Shown here: positions 36,435 through 46,470 of the stretch, one piece after another
Layout: every line of letters starts with the position of its first letter
Numbering within the stretch: the stretch's first letter is position 1
Origin: a virus
Reading direction: 5' to 3' (one strand)
Virus record (IMG/VR): IMGVR_UViG_3300017917_003742
Coordinates: 1-64,000 of that record
DNA: 64,000 nucleotides
Notes under the pieces: generated by a model
Seen by the model: the letters and a program-made list of their open reading frames with translations, nothing else
Databases searched by the model: none
Told to the model about the DNA's origin: nothing
Program-made: the position numbers and the translations under genes

Positions 36435-37018
36435 CAGAAATAACCAAACTAGGAACAGAATATGGTAAACACTATATTGACCTAAATTACATAAATAAAG
36501 ATTCTCTAGTATATTCATTTGGAATAGGAGAAGACATATCTTTTGATATGGAAATCATCAATCGAAAAGGGTGTACAATTCATGCTTTTGACCCTACACC
36601 AAAAAGTTTAAAATGGATAAAATCACAAAACCTACCTGATACTTTTAAATTTTATGAATATGGATTATCTAATATAGATGGAATATTATCATTTGAACCA
36701 CCACCAAATCCAGAATGGGTATCATATAAAGAGTCATCAAAAGGCGAATTCTCTTTTCCTGTCAAAAAATTAAGTACAATTCTAAAAGAATTGGGACATT
36801 CAAAAAGAATAGATTTTCTGAAATTAGATATTGAAGGTTCAGAATATTCTGTTATAGAAAACATTTTAAAAGAAAATCTAAATCCTTTTCAGATGAGCAT
36901 AGAATTTCACGGCGATCCTAAATACATAATATCTTGGGTCACTGAGAATAAACAGTTAAGAGATAGTTATCATGCATACGTATTTCCTGATAACGAGATT
37001 TACTTTTTTACAAAATAA
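36431..37018 (+). CDS. FkbM-family methyltransferase
   Basis: VYSFGIGEDISFD, AFDPTP, IDFLKLDIEGSEY. Confidence 0.9.
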   Translation: MTEITKLGTEYGKHYIDLNYINKDSLVYSFGIGEDISFDMEIINRKGCTIHAFDPTPKSLKWIKSQNLPDTFKFYEYGLSNIDGILSFEPPPNPEWVSYKESSKGEFSFPVKKLSTILKELGHSKRIDFLKLDIEGSEYSVIENILKENLNPFQMSIEFHGDPKYIISWVTENKQLRDSYHAYVFPDNEIYFFTK

Positions 37019-37021
37019 AAT

Positions 37022-37585
37022 ATGGAACATTATTACCAAAATATAGGCGAAAACTGGTTTAGTTATCAAGGACTTTATACAGAAATGGTTAAGAGATACG
37101 ACAATGCAAAATTTGTCGAGATTGGTTGTTGGAGAGGACGCAGTGCTTGTTATCTCGCTGTTGAAATTTTTAACAGCAACAAAAATATTCAATTGTATTG
37201 CGTTGATACTTGGGCAGGCAGTGAAGAACATAAAGACATGGACGTAATCAAGGATAATAAGTTATATGACGAATTTTTAGGTAATATTGAACCTGTAAAG
37301 CATATTATAACTCCTGTGCGAAACGCATCATTGGAAGCGGTAAAGTCTTTTGAAGATAATTACTTTGACTTTATATTCATTGATGCCTCCCATGACTATG
37401 AAAATGTTTTAGCAGATTTAAGAGCATGGTATCCAAAACTTAAAACTGGCGGATATTTTGCAGGTCATGATTATGGTAATACATGGACTGGTGTTAACAG
37501 AGCAGTTGACCAATGGTGTCAAGAAAACAACGTGAGATTAGAAATGTCTGGTCATCAATCATGTTGGGGATTAACTAAAAAATAA
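37022..37585 (+). CDS. class I SAM methyltransferase (Methyltransf_24-like)
   Basis: VEIGCWRGRS, VDTW, DFIFIDASHDY, GGYFAGHDY. Confidence 0.9.
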   Translation: MEHYYQNIGENWFSYQGLYTEMVKRYDNAKFVEIGCWRGRSACYLAVEIFNSNKNIQLYCVDTWAGSEEHKDMDVIKDNKLYDEFLGNIEPVKHIITPVRNASLEAVKSFEDNYFDFIFIDASHDYENVLADLRAWYPKLKTGGYFAGHDYGNTWTGVNRAVDQWCQENNVRLEMSGHQSCWGLTKK

Positions 37586-37586
37586 T

Positions 37587-38294
37587 ATGAAAACTGCTTT
37601 TTGTTTCTCAGGAGAATTAAGAAGCATAGACAAAACCTATCCGTTATTAAAGGAAAAAATAATGGATAGGTTTTCTAACTATGATATTTTTTATCATACT
37701 TGGAAAGATGATCCTGATTTAAATAAATTACATTATTTTGAAAATGACAATCATACGAAAAATATCATCGTAGAGAATCGAGTCACTTTAGATGAAAAAA
37801 AGTATAACAAACATCTAATAAACAATACCAAAGTTCAGCCTTTGTTAAGACAACTATATGGTCTTGAACAAGTAAACAACTTAAAAAAAGAACAAGAAAA
37901 ACAAAACGGATTTTCATATGATATTGTTTTTAGGATAAGACCAGATATTCTTGTGTGCAACAACACTTCGCTTGAAAAAGGTGTCGAGACTTGGGATATG
38001 AAAGATTATGTATATACCACAGACCATGATGATTACGGAGGTTACAATGATAAATTCTATTTTTCGAATTCTGTAAACATGGACATATTATCCAATAGAA
38101 GAGAACTTATGGATTATTACGTGAGTATCGGCGGTTTATTACATTATGAGAAATTTTTAAAATTTTCTATAGATTACTCTGGATTAAAATTATGTCGAAC
38201 TTCTATGTTGTTTACACTCCTACGAACAAACGGAAACTTCTCAGGACAATTAGAGGATAATAAATTTATAAAAATTAATTTAGATAACTCTTGA
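37587..38294 (+). CDS. putative glycosyltransferase
   Basis: MKTAFCFSGELR, DIFYHTW, YDIVFRIRPD, YNDKF. Confidence 0.65.
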   Translation: MKTAFCFSGELRSIDKTYPLLKEKIMDRFSNYDIFYHTWKDDPDLNKLHYFENDNHTKNIIVENRVTLDEKKYNKHLINNTKVQPLLRQLYGLEQVNNLKKEQEKQNGFSYDIVFRIRPDILVCNNTSLEKGVETWDMKDYVYTTDHDDYGGYNDKFYFSNSVNMDILSNRRELMDYYVSIGGLLHYEKFLKFSIDYSGLKLCRTSMLFTLLRTNGNFSGQLEDNKFIKINLDNS

Positions 38295-39171
38295 TGTTTT
38301 TCAAAAAACCGTGTGGAGAAAAATAAGTTTCCCATAATTCTCTATTACTTTTAAGATTGAAATTTTTACTTACAATAATTTCAGGTAACTTTTCTATATC
38401 ATCAAAATCTATTAGAATTATATGGTCGTTCCAATCTATAATGTTTTCTAATGGTAAAATCGTGTTTGTATTTATAACTACAGGAACGCGCCCAAAACAA
38501 AGAGATTCGTAAAAACGGTAAGAGAAATTACCGTTACCTCTCATACAAAAAGTATATTTATTTTGTATAATATTTGAATAGAATTCTCTTTTGGCTTTAA
38601 ATTTCGGAAGTTCTGGCGACCAAAAACCAGACCTAACTATTTTATTGACAGGAAACACTTTTTCGATTTTTTCTAAAGCTTCTTTTCTATTACTGTTGTA
38701 CACCCCACAAAACCCGATACTTTCGCTACATTCTTCCATAAAGATGCAATCATCAGATATTAGAGCAGGAAATACTCTTTCGTTTTCTAAAATATTAGAA
38801 CGTCCTACACTTGTTCTGAAAAGTATAAGATTGTCTGGTAATGTGAATTTTGATTCGTTGTCGTCATTATAAAAGGCGATTACTTTTTTATCATATTTTT
38901 TTGCATCTTGGCAAATTTCATTTATTCTTGAATCGTTAGGGTGGTATTTAAATGGAACACCCACATAGTCACAATTTTCAATGGTAGTTGATTTTATCGA
39001 ATTTTGTCCTGTGAAAAATAGTTTATTTAATAATCCATGATTCCAATAACCATGTGCATTTGTTATTTTTTCAAAAGCTATTTCATTTACAAATGGTATT
39101 GCCCATAATAATTCTGATGAACATACTAAATCATTTGGTGTTAGCCGTTTTAAATCTACATGAAGGTTCAT
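38275..39171 (-). CDS. exostosin-like (GT47) glycosyltransferase
   Basis: IGFCG, YTFCMRGNGNFSYRFYESLCFGRVPV, LPLE..IDW. Confidence 0.8.
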   Translation of the reverse strand: MNLHVDLKRLTPNDLVCSSELLWAIPFVNEIAFEKITNAHGYWNHGLLNKLFFTGQNSIKSTTIENCDYVGVPFKYHPNDSRINEICQDAKKYDKKVIAFYNDDNESKFTLPDNLILFRTSVGRSNILENERVFPALISDDCIFMEECSESIGFCGVYNSNRKEALEKIEKVFPVNKIVRSGFWSPELPKFKAKREFYSNIIQNKYTFCMRGNGNFSYRFYESLCFGRVPVVINTNTILPLENIIDWNDHIILIDFDDIEKLPEIIVSKNFNLKSNRELWETYFSPHGFLKNIKSYLN

Positions 39172-39177
39172 TTCTTT

Positions 39178-39237
39178 TACTTAAACGTAGATTCGTTTTT
39201 GTCAACAGTTGACATTCATAGCTCTTCTATGTATATA
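39178..39237. promoter_or_regulatory. divergent promoters sharing a palindromic -35 pair
   Basis: TGTCAAC-A-GTTGACA at 39200-39214; plus strand TTGACA-17-TATATA 5 nt before ATG 39243; minus strand TAAGTA 6 nt before ATG 39171. Confidence 0.65.
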
Positions 39238-39242
39238 TTTTT

Positions 39243-40241
39243 ATGAGTCAAAAAACAGCTTTAGTGTTAGGTGCTGGTGGATTTATCGGAAACCACCTTG
39301 TTAATCGTTTAAAATCCGAAGGTTATTGGGTTCGTGGTGTTGATTTAAAATATCCTGAATATCAGTTTAGCAATTCAGATGATTTCATCATTGGTGATTT
39401 AAGAGATGTGTTTGTTGTAACAAAAGCTTTCTTTATACCAAAACAGACGGCTCCAAATGGCACAGGAATCTTTGATGAAGTGTATCAACTTGCTGCTGAT
39501 ATGGGTGGTGCTGGGTATATCTTTACTGGTGAGAATGATGCAAATGTAATGCACAACTCTGCTACTATTAATCTTAATGTTGCTGATGCAGCAGTTAAGT
39601 TTAATGCAGGCAAAGTGTTCTACTCGTCTTCTGCTTGTATGTATCCTGCATATAATCAAGAAGACCCTGAAAATCCAAACTGTGTTGAAAGTAGCGCATA
39701 TCCTGCTGCACCAGATAGTGAGTATGGTTGGGAGAAACTTTTCAGCGAAAGACTCTATCTTGCATACAACCGAAACTATGGTCTTGATGTTCGTATTGCA
39801 CGATTCCACAACATTTTTGGCCCACTAGGAACATGGCAAGGTGGTAAAGAAAAAGCTCCTGCTGCTATCTGTCGTAAAGTAATTTCCTCAACAGATGAAA
39901 TTGAAATTTGGGGCGATGGCGAACAAACACGTTCGTTCCTTTATATTGATGAATGTATTGAAGGTATTCGTCGTTTAATGAATGGTGATTTCCTTGGTCC
40001 TGTAAATCTTGGCAGTGAGGAAAGAGTTACAATCAATCAGCTTGTTGACATTGCTTGCTCTATTGAAGGTAAGAATCTCAAGAAAAAACACATCACTGGC
40101 CCAACAGGCGTTCGTGGAAGAAATTCTGATAACCGATTGATACAAGAAAAATTAGGTTGGGAGCCAAACTATCCTCTCGCAAAAGGTTTAGAAACAACTT
40201 ATCAGTGGATTAAATCACAAATGGAAACTAAATATATTTGA
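39243..40241 (+). CDS. GDP-mannose 3,5-epimerase-like NAD-dependent epimerase
   Basis: GAGGFIG, LAADMGGAGYI, YSSSACMYP, PDSEYGWEK, RFHNIFGP, GGKEKAPAA, GVRGRNSDN. Confidence 0.9.
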   Translation: MSQKTALVLGAGGFIGNHLVNRLKSEGYWVRGVDLKYPEYQFSNSDDFIIGDLRDVFVVTKAFFIPKQTAPNGTGIFDEVYQLAADMGGAGYIFTGENDANVMHNSATINLNVADAAVKFNAGKVFYSSSACMYPAYNQEDPENPNCVESSAYPAAPDSEYGWEKLFSERLYLAYNRNYGLDVRIARFHNIFGPLGTWQGGKEKAPAAICRKVISSTDEIEIWGDGEQTRSFLYIDECIEGIRRLMNGDFLGPVNLGSEERVTINQLVDIACSIEGKNLKKKHITGPTGVRGRNSDNRLIQEKLGWEPNYPLAKGLETTYQWIKSQMETKYI

Positions 40242-40242
40242 T

Positions 40243-40446
40243 ATGATGACTACAAAATCCGCATTTGGTATTACCCGTCCCGGCGATCATTTCTCCCATA
40301 CACAAGGACAACCTTTGACTCCTCCCGCTCCCGCACAAAATATTGAAGCGGAAAAATTCAAGATTCTTTCCGAAGCAATTCAGAAGTTTATGAATAAAGA
40401 AATCTCTAAATCCGAACTCGAAGCCATACAAAACTCGTTGAAGTAA
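40243..40446 (+). CDS. hypothetical protein
   Basis: 67-aa ORF between epimerase and gp46. Confidence 0.55.
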   Translation: MMTTKSAFGITRPGDHFSHTQGQPLTPPAPAQNIEAEKFKILSEAIQKFMNKEISKSELEAIQNSLK

Positions 40447-40471
40447 AGGAGTTCTTGGTGTAAATTACACT

Positions 40472-42214
40472 GTGAGTTCTAAAAACATCGAGTTTCAAAA
40501 AATAAAAGTTCGTAATTTCCTGTCATACGGTGACGACCCTATTGAAGTTGAATTCAAAAACGGCATTACATTTGTAACAGGATACAACAAGGACGAAGAT
40601 TCCTACAACGGCGTTGGTAAAACATCGCTTATTGTTGAGTCTTTGTCCTTTTTGCTTTTTGGTGAAACATACAGAGATATTAATCAGAAGCTCATTAAGA
40701 ATAAATTTGGTGGAAAAACTTGTATTGTTGAAGGCTGGTTAAAAGTTAATGATGATGAACTATACATTGTTCGCAGTCTTTCACCTAACAAACTTATATT
40801 AACAATCAATGGTGATTCAGACAGTTACACAAAGTCTGTTCCTGAAACTACCAAATATATTATGGACCGTATCGGTGTGTCAAAAACAGTGTTTACAAAC
40901 ACAATTGTTATGACTAACCGGGAGAGTATGTCTTTCTTAAATCAGAAGAAAGAGGTCAAAACAAAGTTTATTGAAGGTATTCTTGGACTTGAAGCATTTG
41001 GTGAATTTCTTCGTTTAGCAAAAGAAGAAGCCAAATCTGTTGATGACAATCGTGCAAAAAAGTTTCAAGAAGTTAATCTTGTTGAACGTGATTTAAACAA
41101 CGACCAGAGTTATTACGCTCAACATGAAGAGAAAAAGGTTCGGGATGAGCAGATTATAAATCAAAAAATAGTTTTACTCAAAGCCGTTCAGCCTGTTGAT
41201 AACTCCCAAAAAATACAAAATCTTCAAGAGGAGAAAAAAGCTCTTGAGGCATCTCTACCTGAAAAAGAGGAAAAGGTTGGAAGAGGAAATAAAAAGAAAA
41301 TGGAACTTGAGGCAGACAAAAATCAGAAAGAGAAAAATCTTCGTGGATTGTCTGGCAAGCTCACTGAATGTCCTTCTTGTAAAAGACCCTTTCTCGATCA
41401 CAATCCAGAAGAACTTGAAAAGGAAAAACAAACTATAAGAGACTCTATAAATGAACTAAATGTTCAGATTGAAAAGTTCAGCAAAGCTATTAACAAAGTA
41501 AACACCGACATTTTTGGAACAAAAACCAAGATTCGTGAATTATCCTCTTCTATTGATAATCTTCAAAATGAACAACAAAAATTTCTTAAGAGCGAGATGG
41601 AAATAAACAATCTTCTTGAACAATTAGAAAATGTTCGAAACGGAGAGAATCCGTTTGGGCCAAAAATTGAACGAGCAAAAGAGCGTTTAAAAACTTGCCA
41701 AGAACAGTTGGATTCTCTTATTCAAGAATCTAAGATTGCCAACATTGTTAAAGAAGGTGCATCACCAACAGGTGTAAAAGCTCTTGTTATCAAGAAAGTT
41801 ATTAGTGCATTAAACAACAGAATCAATCATTATTTGGTTCGTCTTCACTCTCCTTTCCGAATTTATTTTGATGAATTTTTTGAAGAGAATTTTAAAAGTG
41901 TGGACGGTGAAGAATATTGCTACGGCAGTTTGAGTGGTGGAGAAGCAAAGCGTGTTGATTTTGCAATGCTTTTCGCTTTCCGTGATATTCGTAGAATGCA
42001 GAGTAATGTTCATATCAATCTTACCGTAATGGATGAATTATTTGATAGTGCATTAGATAGCACTGGAATGAACGACATTATGGAAATCTTAAAAGAAAAC
42101 AAGGACGAATGTTTTATGGTTGTAACACACCGAAAAGAAAATGTGGATGATTATGGATGTAGGATAATTGACTTGCTCAAAGAAAATCATATAACACGCT
42201 TGAATAACATGTAA
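40472..42214 (+). CDS. 46: recombination ATPase subunit gp46 (Rad50/SbcC-like)
   Basis: NFLSYG, NGVGKT, CPSC zinc hook, LSGGE, MDELFD, VTH; GTG start. Confidence 0.95.
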   Translation: MSSKNIEFQKIKVRNFLSYGDDPIEVEFKNGITFVTGYNKDEDSYNGVGKTSLIVESLSFLLFGETYRDINQKLIKNKFGGKTCIVEGWLKVNDDELYIVRSLSPNKLILTINGDSDSYTKSVPETTKYIMDRIGVSKTVFTNTIVMTNRESMSFLNQKKEVKTKFIEGILGLEAFGEFLRLAKEEAKSVDDNRAKKFQEVNLVERDLNNDQSYYAQHEEKKVRDEQIINQKIVLLKAVQPVDNSQKIQNLQEEKKALEASLPEKEEKVGRGNKKKMELEADKNQKEKNLRGLSGKLTECPSCKRPFLDHNPEELEKEKQTIRDSINELNVQIEKFSKAINKVNTDIFGTKTKIRELSSSIDNLQNEQQKFLKSEMEINNLLEQLENVRNGENPFGPKIERAKERLKTCQEQLDSLIQESKIANIVKEGASPTGVKALVIKKVISALNNRINHYLVRLHSPFRIYFDEFFEENFKSVDGEEYCYGSLSGGEAKRVDFAMLFAFRDIRRMQSNVHINLTVMDELFDSALDSTGMNDIMEILKENKDECFMVVTHRKENVDDYGCRIIDLLKENHITRLNNM

Positions 42215-42234
42215 GGCATTTTTAAATATTTGAA

Positions 42235-43587
42235 ATGCCTACAATCGTTTCAAATAATGAAATTAAAAAAGTTCCTAATGTTAAGCCATTAAACGTTGGT
42301 CCCTTAAACAAGATTCAATTCTCCAACATCGTTTTTCCTTTCGGAAAACAGTTTGGTCCAAAAATCTTTGGTGAATTAGGACAAAAATTAGCGGGATACT
42401 CTCCTAACAGAAATGGAATAAAACTTCCTGTGCCGGGAGAAGGATTACCAAGAGTTATTCATTATTGTGCTGACCAAAGCGGTTGTGCTTTTTGGCGAAT
42501 GATTTGGCCCGGTGATGAGCTTCTTTCCAATAATAAAGCTGTAATCATGACTCTTTATCAGATGGTTACACTTGGACAATTCTATGGTGGCATTGATGCA
42601 GTTCGCCTACAAAGACAATGCACTGAGCCTCAACTGGAATTTATCAAGTTCTTGCGAAATGTTTCCGATCAAATGAAAGAGCAAACAGGAAAAGGCTTCC
42701 GCATAATTTGGGAAGTTGATGACCTTGTTCTTCCATCTTCTGAAATTCCTGATTACAATGTTTGTAAATCAGCGTTTGAAGGTGATACAGTTTATAAGAA
42801 CGTAAAAGAAATGATGAAGTATGTTGACGAAGTGACTGTTGTTTCTGAACATATGCGTCAACACTACAAGAAACATCTTGAATATGATAAGATTACTGTT
42901 ATTCCAAACTATGCTCCGAAGAGTTGGATTGATCGCGGATTTGATGAGAAAAAGATTCTACAAAAATATCGCAGAAAGGGCAATCCAAGAATTCTTTATG
43001 CAGGCAGCGGAACACATTTTGATGTAACAAACAAGGTTGGACAAAAGGACGATTTTGGTCATGTGGTTGATGCCATCATCAAAGATATAACTGTTAACAA
43101 AAAATACGAATGGGTTTTCTTTGGAGCACTACCTCTTCGACTAAAAGAATTTATCGGAAAAGGAATTGAGTTTCATCCTTGGTGTTCAATTCTTGAATAT
43201 CCTGAAAAGCTTCGTGAGTTTAATGTAGATGTGTCTATTGCGCCTCTACAAAATAATGCGTTCTCTCGCTCAAAGGCAAACATCAAGTTGACCGAAGCTG
43301 GTATGCAGGGCATTCCTTGTGTGGCTCAAAATATTGATTGCTATAACTCTGATGGTTGGAAATATCTTTTTGATAATGCGGAAGAAATGTTCAAAAAGGT
43401 TGACCAAATTCTTAACACTGAAAAATCATACATGGATGCATGTAAGTTTGCCAGAGAGTATAGCGAGAAGTTTCTCTTGCAAGATCACTTAGATGAGTAT
43501 ACATTGCTGTATACGACTGATTACGGGGACATTAAGAGAAAAGAAAACTCTTCTTTCTTAAAAAACAATCCTGAACAGTTCGTCTAA
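42235..43587 (+). CDS. GT-B glycosyltransferase
   Basis: SGCAFWRM, WEVDD, VTVVS, VIPN, YAGSGTH, IAPLQNNAFSRSKANIKLTEAG. Confidence 0.85.
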   Translation: MPTIVSNNEIKKVPNVKPLNVGPLNKIQFSNIVFPFGKQFGPKIFGELGQKLAGYSPNRNGIKLPVPGEGLPRVIHYCADQSGCAFWRMIWPGDELLSNNKAVIMTLYQMVTLGQFYGGIDAVRLQRQCTEPQLEFIKFLRNVSDQMKEQTGKGFRIIWEVDDLVLPSSEIPDYNVCKSAFEGDTVYKNVKEMMKYVDEVTVVSEHMRQHYKKHLEYDKITVIPNYAPKSWIDRGFDEKKILQKYRRKGNPRILYAGSGTHFDVTNKVGQKDDFGHVVDAIIKDITVNKKYEWVFFGALPLRLKEFIGKGIEFHPWCSILEYPEKLREFNVDVSIAPLQNNAFSRSKANIKLTEAGMQGIPCVAQNIDCYNSDGWKYLFDNAEEMFKKVDQILNTEKSYMDACKFAREYSEKFLLQDHLDEYTLLYTTDYGDIKRKENSSFLKNNPEQFV

Positions 43588-43592
43588 GAACT

Positions 43593-46175
43593 ATGCTCAG
43601 AAACATCTACTACGACAAGAAGAAATCAGTTATTCATCACTGGCTTTATGACGAACAAGGCGAACCTGTTTACAACAAGGTTTACTTCAAGCCATACATT
43701 TACGTCAAAGCTGTTGACAAGAAAAAGATTGATGGAGTTGGTATTGACGGCGAAGAATTAACAAAAATGGAATTCTCGTCTGAATGGGATCGAGACAATT
43801 TCTTGAAAACTTTCAAGGGTCAAGTTTATTTCAATCTTTCTGCAACACAGCAATATCTTCTTGAGAAATACTACACCAAAGATATTCAAGAGTTGACCAG
43901 CTTTCCGTTGCGCACATTCTACTACGACATTGAGGTTGTGGCTGACGAATTCCCTGACCCAAAAGAGGCAAAGTTTCCAATGACCTCGATTACAGTTTAT
44001 GATAATTTCACCAAGAAATATTATATTTGGGGTGTCAAGCCATACGATCATTACTCTTGTAAAGATCATTTACAAAACATTGAACCAGAGGACATTTGCT
44101 ATGATTACTGTCCAACTGAAAAAGAACTGCTTTCAAAGTTTGTAAAGTTCTGGCGTAAAAACTATCCAGACCTTATTGTAGGTTACAACTCATACACTTT
44201 CGACTTGCCTTACATTGTTCACCGAATTGAAAAGATTTTTGGTGAAGGTAAATCATCAATGCTTTCTCCCATCAACAACATTTATGGTCATGAGAAAGAA
44301 AACAAGTTTGCTCAGAGTTATACAGAATACACCATCGCAGGCGTTTCACATTTGGACTATCTCGTTCTTTATAAAACATTCACTCCCGGTGAACGTGAGA
44401 GTGATTCATTAGACTTTGTTTGTAAAAATGAACTAGGCAGTGGCAAGCTTGATTATGGCGATACTTCTCTTAAAGACTTGAGCGTTGTGGATTGGAATCG
44501 TTTCATCAACTACAACGTATGGGACGTTAAACTCATGGTAATGCTTGAGGAAAAGAAAAAGTATCTGAATGTTGCAATGTTCTCTGCATTTAGTGGTTTT
44601 TGTAACGTGGATAAAGCACTAGGCAAGGTTGCTATTATTGAAGGTATTATTGCGAAGCAGGGTTTGATGAAAAATCAAATTATCACAACTCAAGACAACG
44701 GAGAACATCAAAAGATTCCCGGTGGATATGTTAAAAACCCTGAAATTGGAATGTATGAAAACGTGATGGTCATGGACTTGAACTCCTTGTATCCAAACAC
44801 AATTATCACACTAAACATTTCTCCTGAAACCAAAATTGCTCGAATCGAAAACGAGGATGACCAAAACATTTCACTTTATTTCTTCAAGCAAAAGAGAAGA
44901 ATGGACATTCCAAAAGAGAGATTCAAAGAAGTTCTTGTTAAAAAGAATTGGTGTGTGAGCGCAGCAGGAATAGTTTTCGATCAGAATAAAAAAGGTCTTT
45001 GTGCAGAGTTCGCAGACAACTTATATAAAAAGAGAAAGGCTGTAAAAAATCAAATGTTATCAATCGAAAGCAAGTTGGCAAACATGGACAAAGCAGATTT
45101 GTTTGATTACACTGCTCAAAAGAGACTTGCTGACCAATTGGACACAGAACAGTATCTTTACAAGATTCTTCTAAACTCAACATATGGCGTTCTTGCTAAC
45201 CGTTTCTTTGCACTCTATGATTTGGACTGTGCCAAGAGTATTACACTCACAGGACAGGCTCTTATTCAGCAGAGCGAGAAGATTGCAAATGAATACATGG
45301 AAAAGGAGTGGAATCTCTCGAAAAAAGACCGAGTTGTTGCAGAAGACACTGACTCTGCAATTCTTTCGATTGATGACATTCTTAAAAAATTGAATGTAAC
45401 AATCGTAGATGACAACGGAGATTTGACACCAGAGTTTAAAGAGATTGAAGAGAAAATATCCGAAAACTTGAACAAAGGCGTTGTAGAATGGGCCAAGGAC
45501 AAGTTCAATACAGTTGACTGTCGCTTTGAGTTCAAGCGTGAAAGCGCATGTCCTAAAGCAATTTGGGTGGCAAAGAAACACTACGTCATGCACATCCGAA
45601 ACTCGGAAGGTGTGAAAATGGACAAACTAAAATACAAAGGTTTGAGTGTTGTGAAATCAACATATTCAGACAAGACCAAAGATATTACAAAGAGTATTGT
45701 AAAAGGTATTTTTGATGCGGTTGACAAGAAAAAAGCAGACGAGACTTTCTTCAATTCTTATGAGAAATTTTTCGATCTTCCAGTAAAGGATATTTCGGTT
45801 CGTTCATCAATTAAAGTGTTGAAAGATTATGATAAGGGTGGCGGGTTTAATACTGTTAAAGGTTGTCCTGCTCACGTTAAATATTCATTATATTACAACG
45901 AATTGGTGAAAAGGCTAAACTTGACTAATAAATATCCATTGATTACAGAAGGTTCCAAGATCAAACTTGTAGCAGTAGCCCCTAATAAATATGGTATTGA
46001 TGGAATAGCATATCTTGATGGGTTGCCCGAAGAATTTGAATTGGTTCCTGATAGAGTTAAGATGTTTGAGAAGTGTGTAGTTAAATGCCTTACACCAATC
46101 TTTGATGCATTAAAATGGAATGTTCCAGACCCTAAAAAACAACATGAAGTCTCGTTGGAAGACCTTTTTGGATAA
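43593..46175 (+). CDS. 43: family B DNA polymerase (gp43)
   Basis: YDIEV, GYNSYTFDLPY, YNVWDV, DLNSLYPN, KILLNSTYG, AEDTDS, KKHY; C-terminal SLEDLFG clamp motif. Confidence 0.97.
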   Translation: MLRNIYYDKKKSVIHHWLYDEQGEPVYNKVYFKPYIYVKAVDKKKIDGVGIDGEELTKMEFSSEWDRDNFLKTFKGQVYFNLSATQQYLLEKYYTKDIQELTSFPLRTFYYDIEVVADEFPDPKEAKFPMTSITVYDNFTKKYYIWGVKPYDHYSCKDHLQNIEPEDICYDYCPTEKELLSKFVKFWRKNYPDLIVGYNSYTFDLPYIVHRIEKIFGEGKSSMLSPINNIYGHEKENKFAQSYTEYTIAGVSHLDYLVLYKTFTPGERESDSLDFVCKNELGSGKLDYGDTSLKDLSVVDWNRFINYNVWDVKLMVMLEEKKKYLNVAMFSAFSGFCNVDKALGKVAIIEGIIAKQGLMKNQIITTQDNGEHQKIPGGYVKNPEIGMYENVMVMDLNSLYPNTIITLNISPETKIARIENEDDQNISLYFFKQKRRMDIPKERFKEVLVKKNWCVSAAGIVFDQNKKGLCAEFADNLYKKRKAVKNQMLSIESKLANMDKADLFDYTAQKRLADQLDTEQYLYKILLNSTYGVLANRFFALYDLDCAKSITLTGQALIQQSEKIANEYMEKEWNLSKKDRVVAEDTDSAILSIDDILKKLNVTIVDDNGDLTPEFKEIEEKISENLNKGVVEWAKDKFNTVDCRFEFKRESACPKAIWVAKKHYVMHIRNSEGVKMDKLKYKGLSVVKSTYSDKTKDITKSIVKGIFDAVDKKKADETFFNSYEKFFDLPVKDISVRSSIKVLKDYDKGGGFNTVKGCPAHVKYSLYYNELVKRLNLTNKYPLITEGSKIKLVAVAPNKYGIDGIAYLDGLPEEFELVPDRVKMFEKCVVKCLTPIFDALKWNVPDPKKQHEVSLEDLFG

Positions 46176-46425
46176 AACAAAAAGGTTTTACCATATCATA
46201 TTTGACGAGAGAGACATTGAAGAAATACGAAAAGATTACTTTGAGGAACGTTGGATTTCAAAAGAAGAATTAATTCGTTTATTTGAATACGAAGAACAAC
46301 AATTTATAGAACACTACAAGAATCTTCAAAAAGATTACAATGATATGCTTTCGTATTTTAATATGAATGCATTGTCGAATTATACACTTTTAGAAAGAAA
46401 ATACCAAGGAAGTTTAAAAAAATAA
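46144..46425 (+). CDS. hypothetical protein
   Basis: ORF overlapping the end of gp43; ATG at 46144. Confidence 0.55.
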   Translation: MKSRWKTFLDKTKRFYHIIFDERDIEEIRKDYFEERWISKEELIRLFEYEEQQFIEHYKNLQKDYNDMLSYFNMNALSNYTLLERKYQGSLKK

Positions 46426-46470
46426 CTCTTTTCTCTTGAAAACACACGTTTCTCTGTGTTAATACTTTAT

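Noticed and set aside
43593-46175. Intein or intron in DNA polymerase
   Set aside because: Length (860 aa) and motif spacing are normal; no intein terminal motifs seen.
46144-46425. Possible further gp23 fragment
   Set aside because: Resemblance too weak to support by eye.
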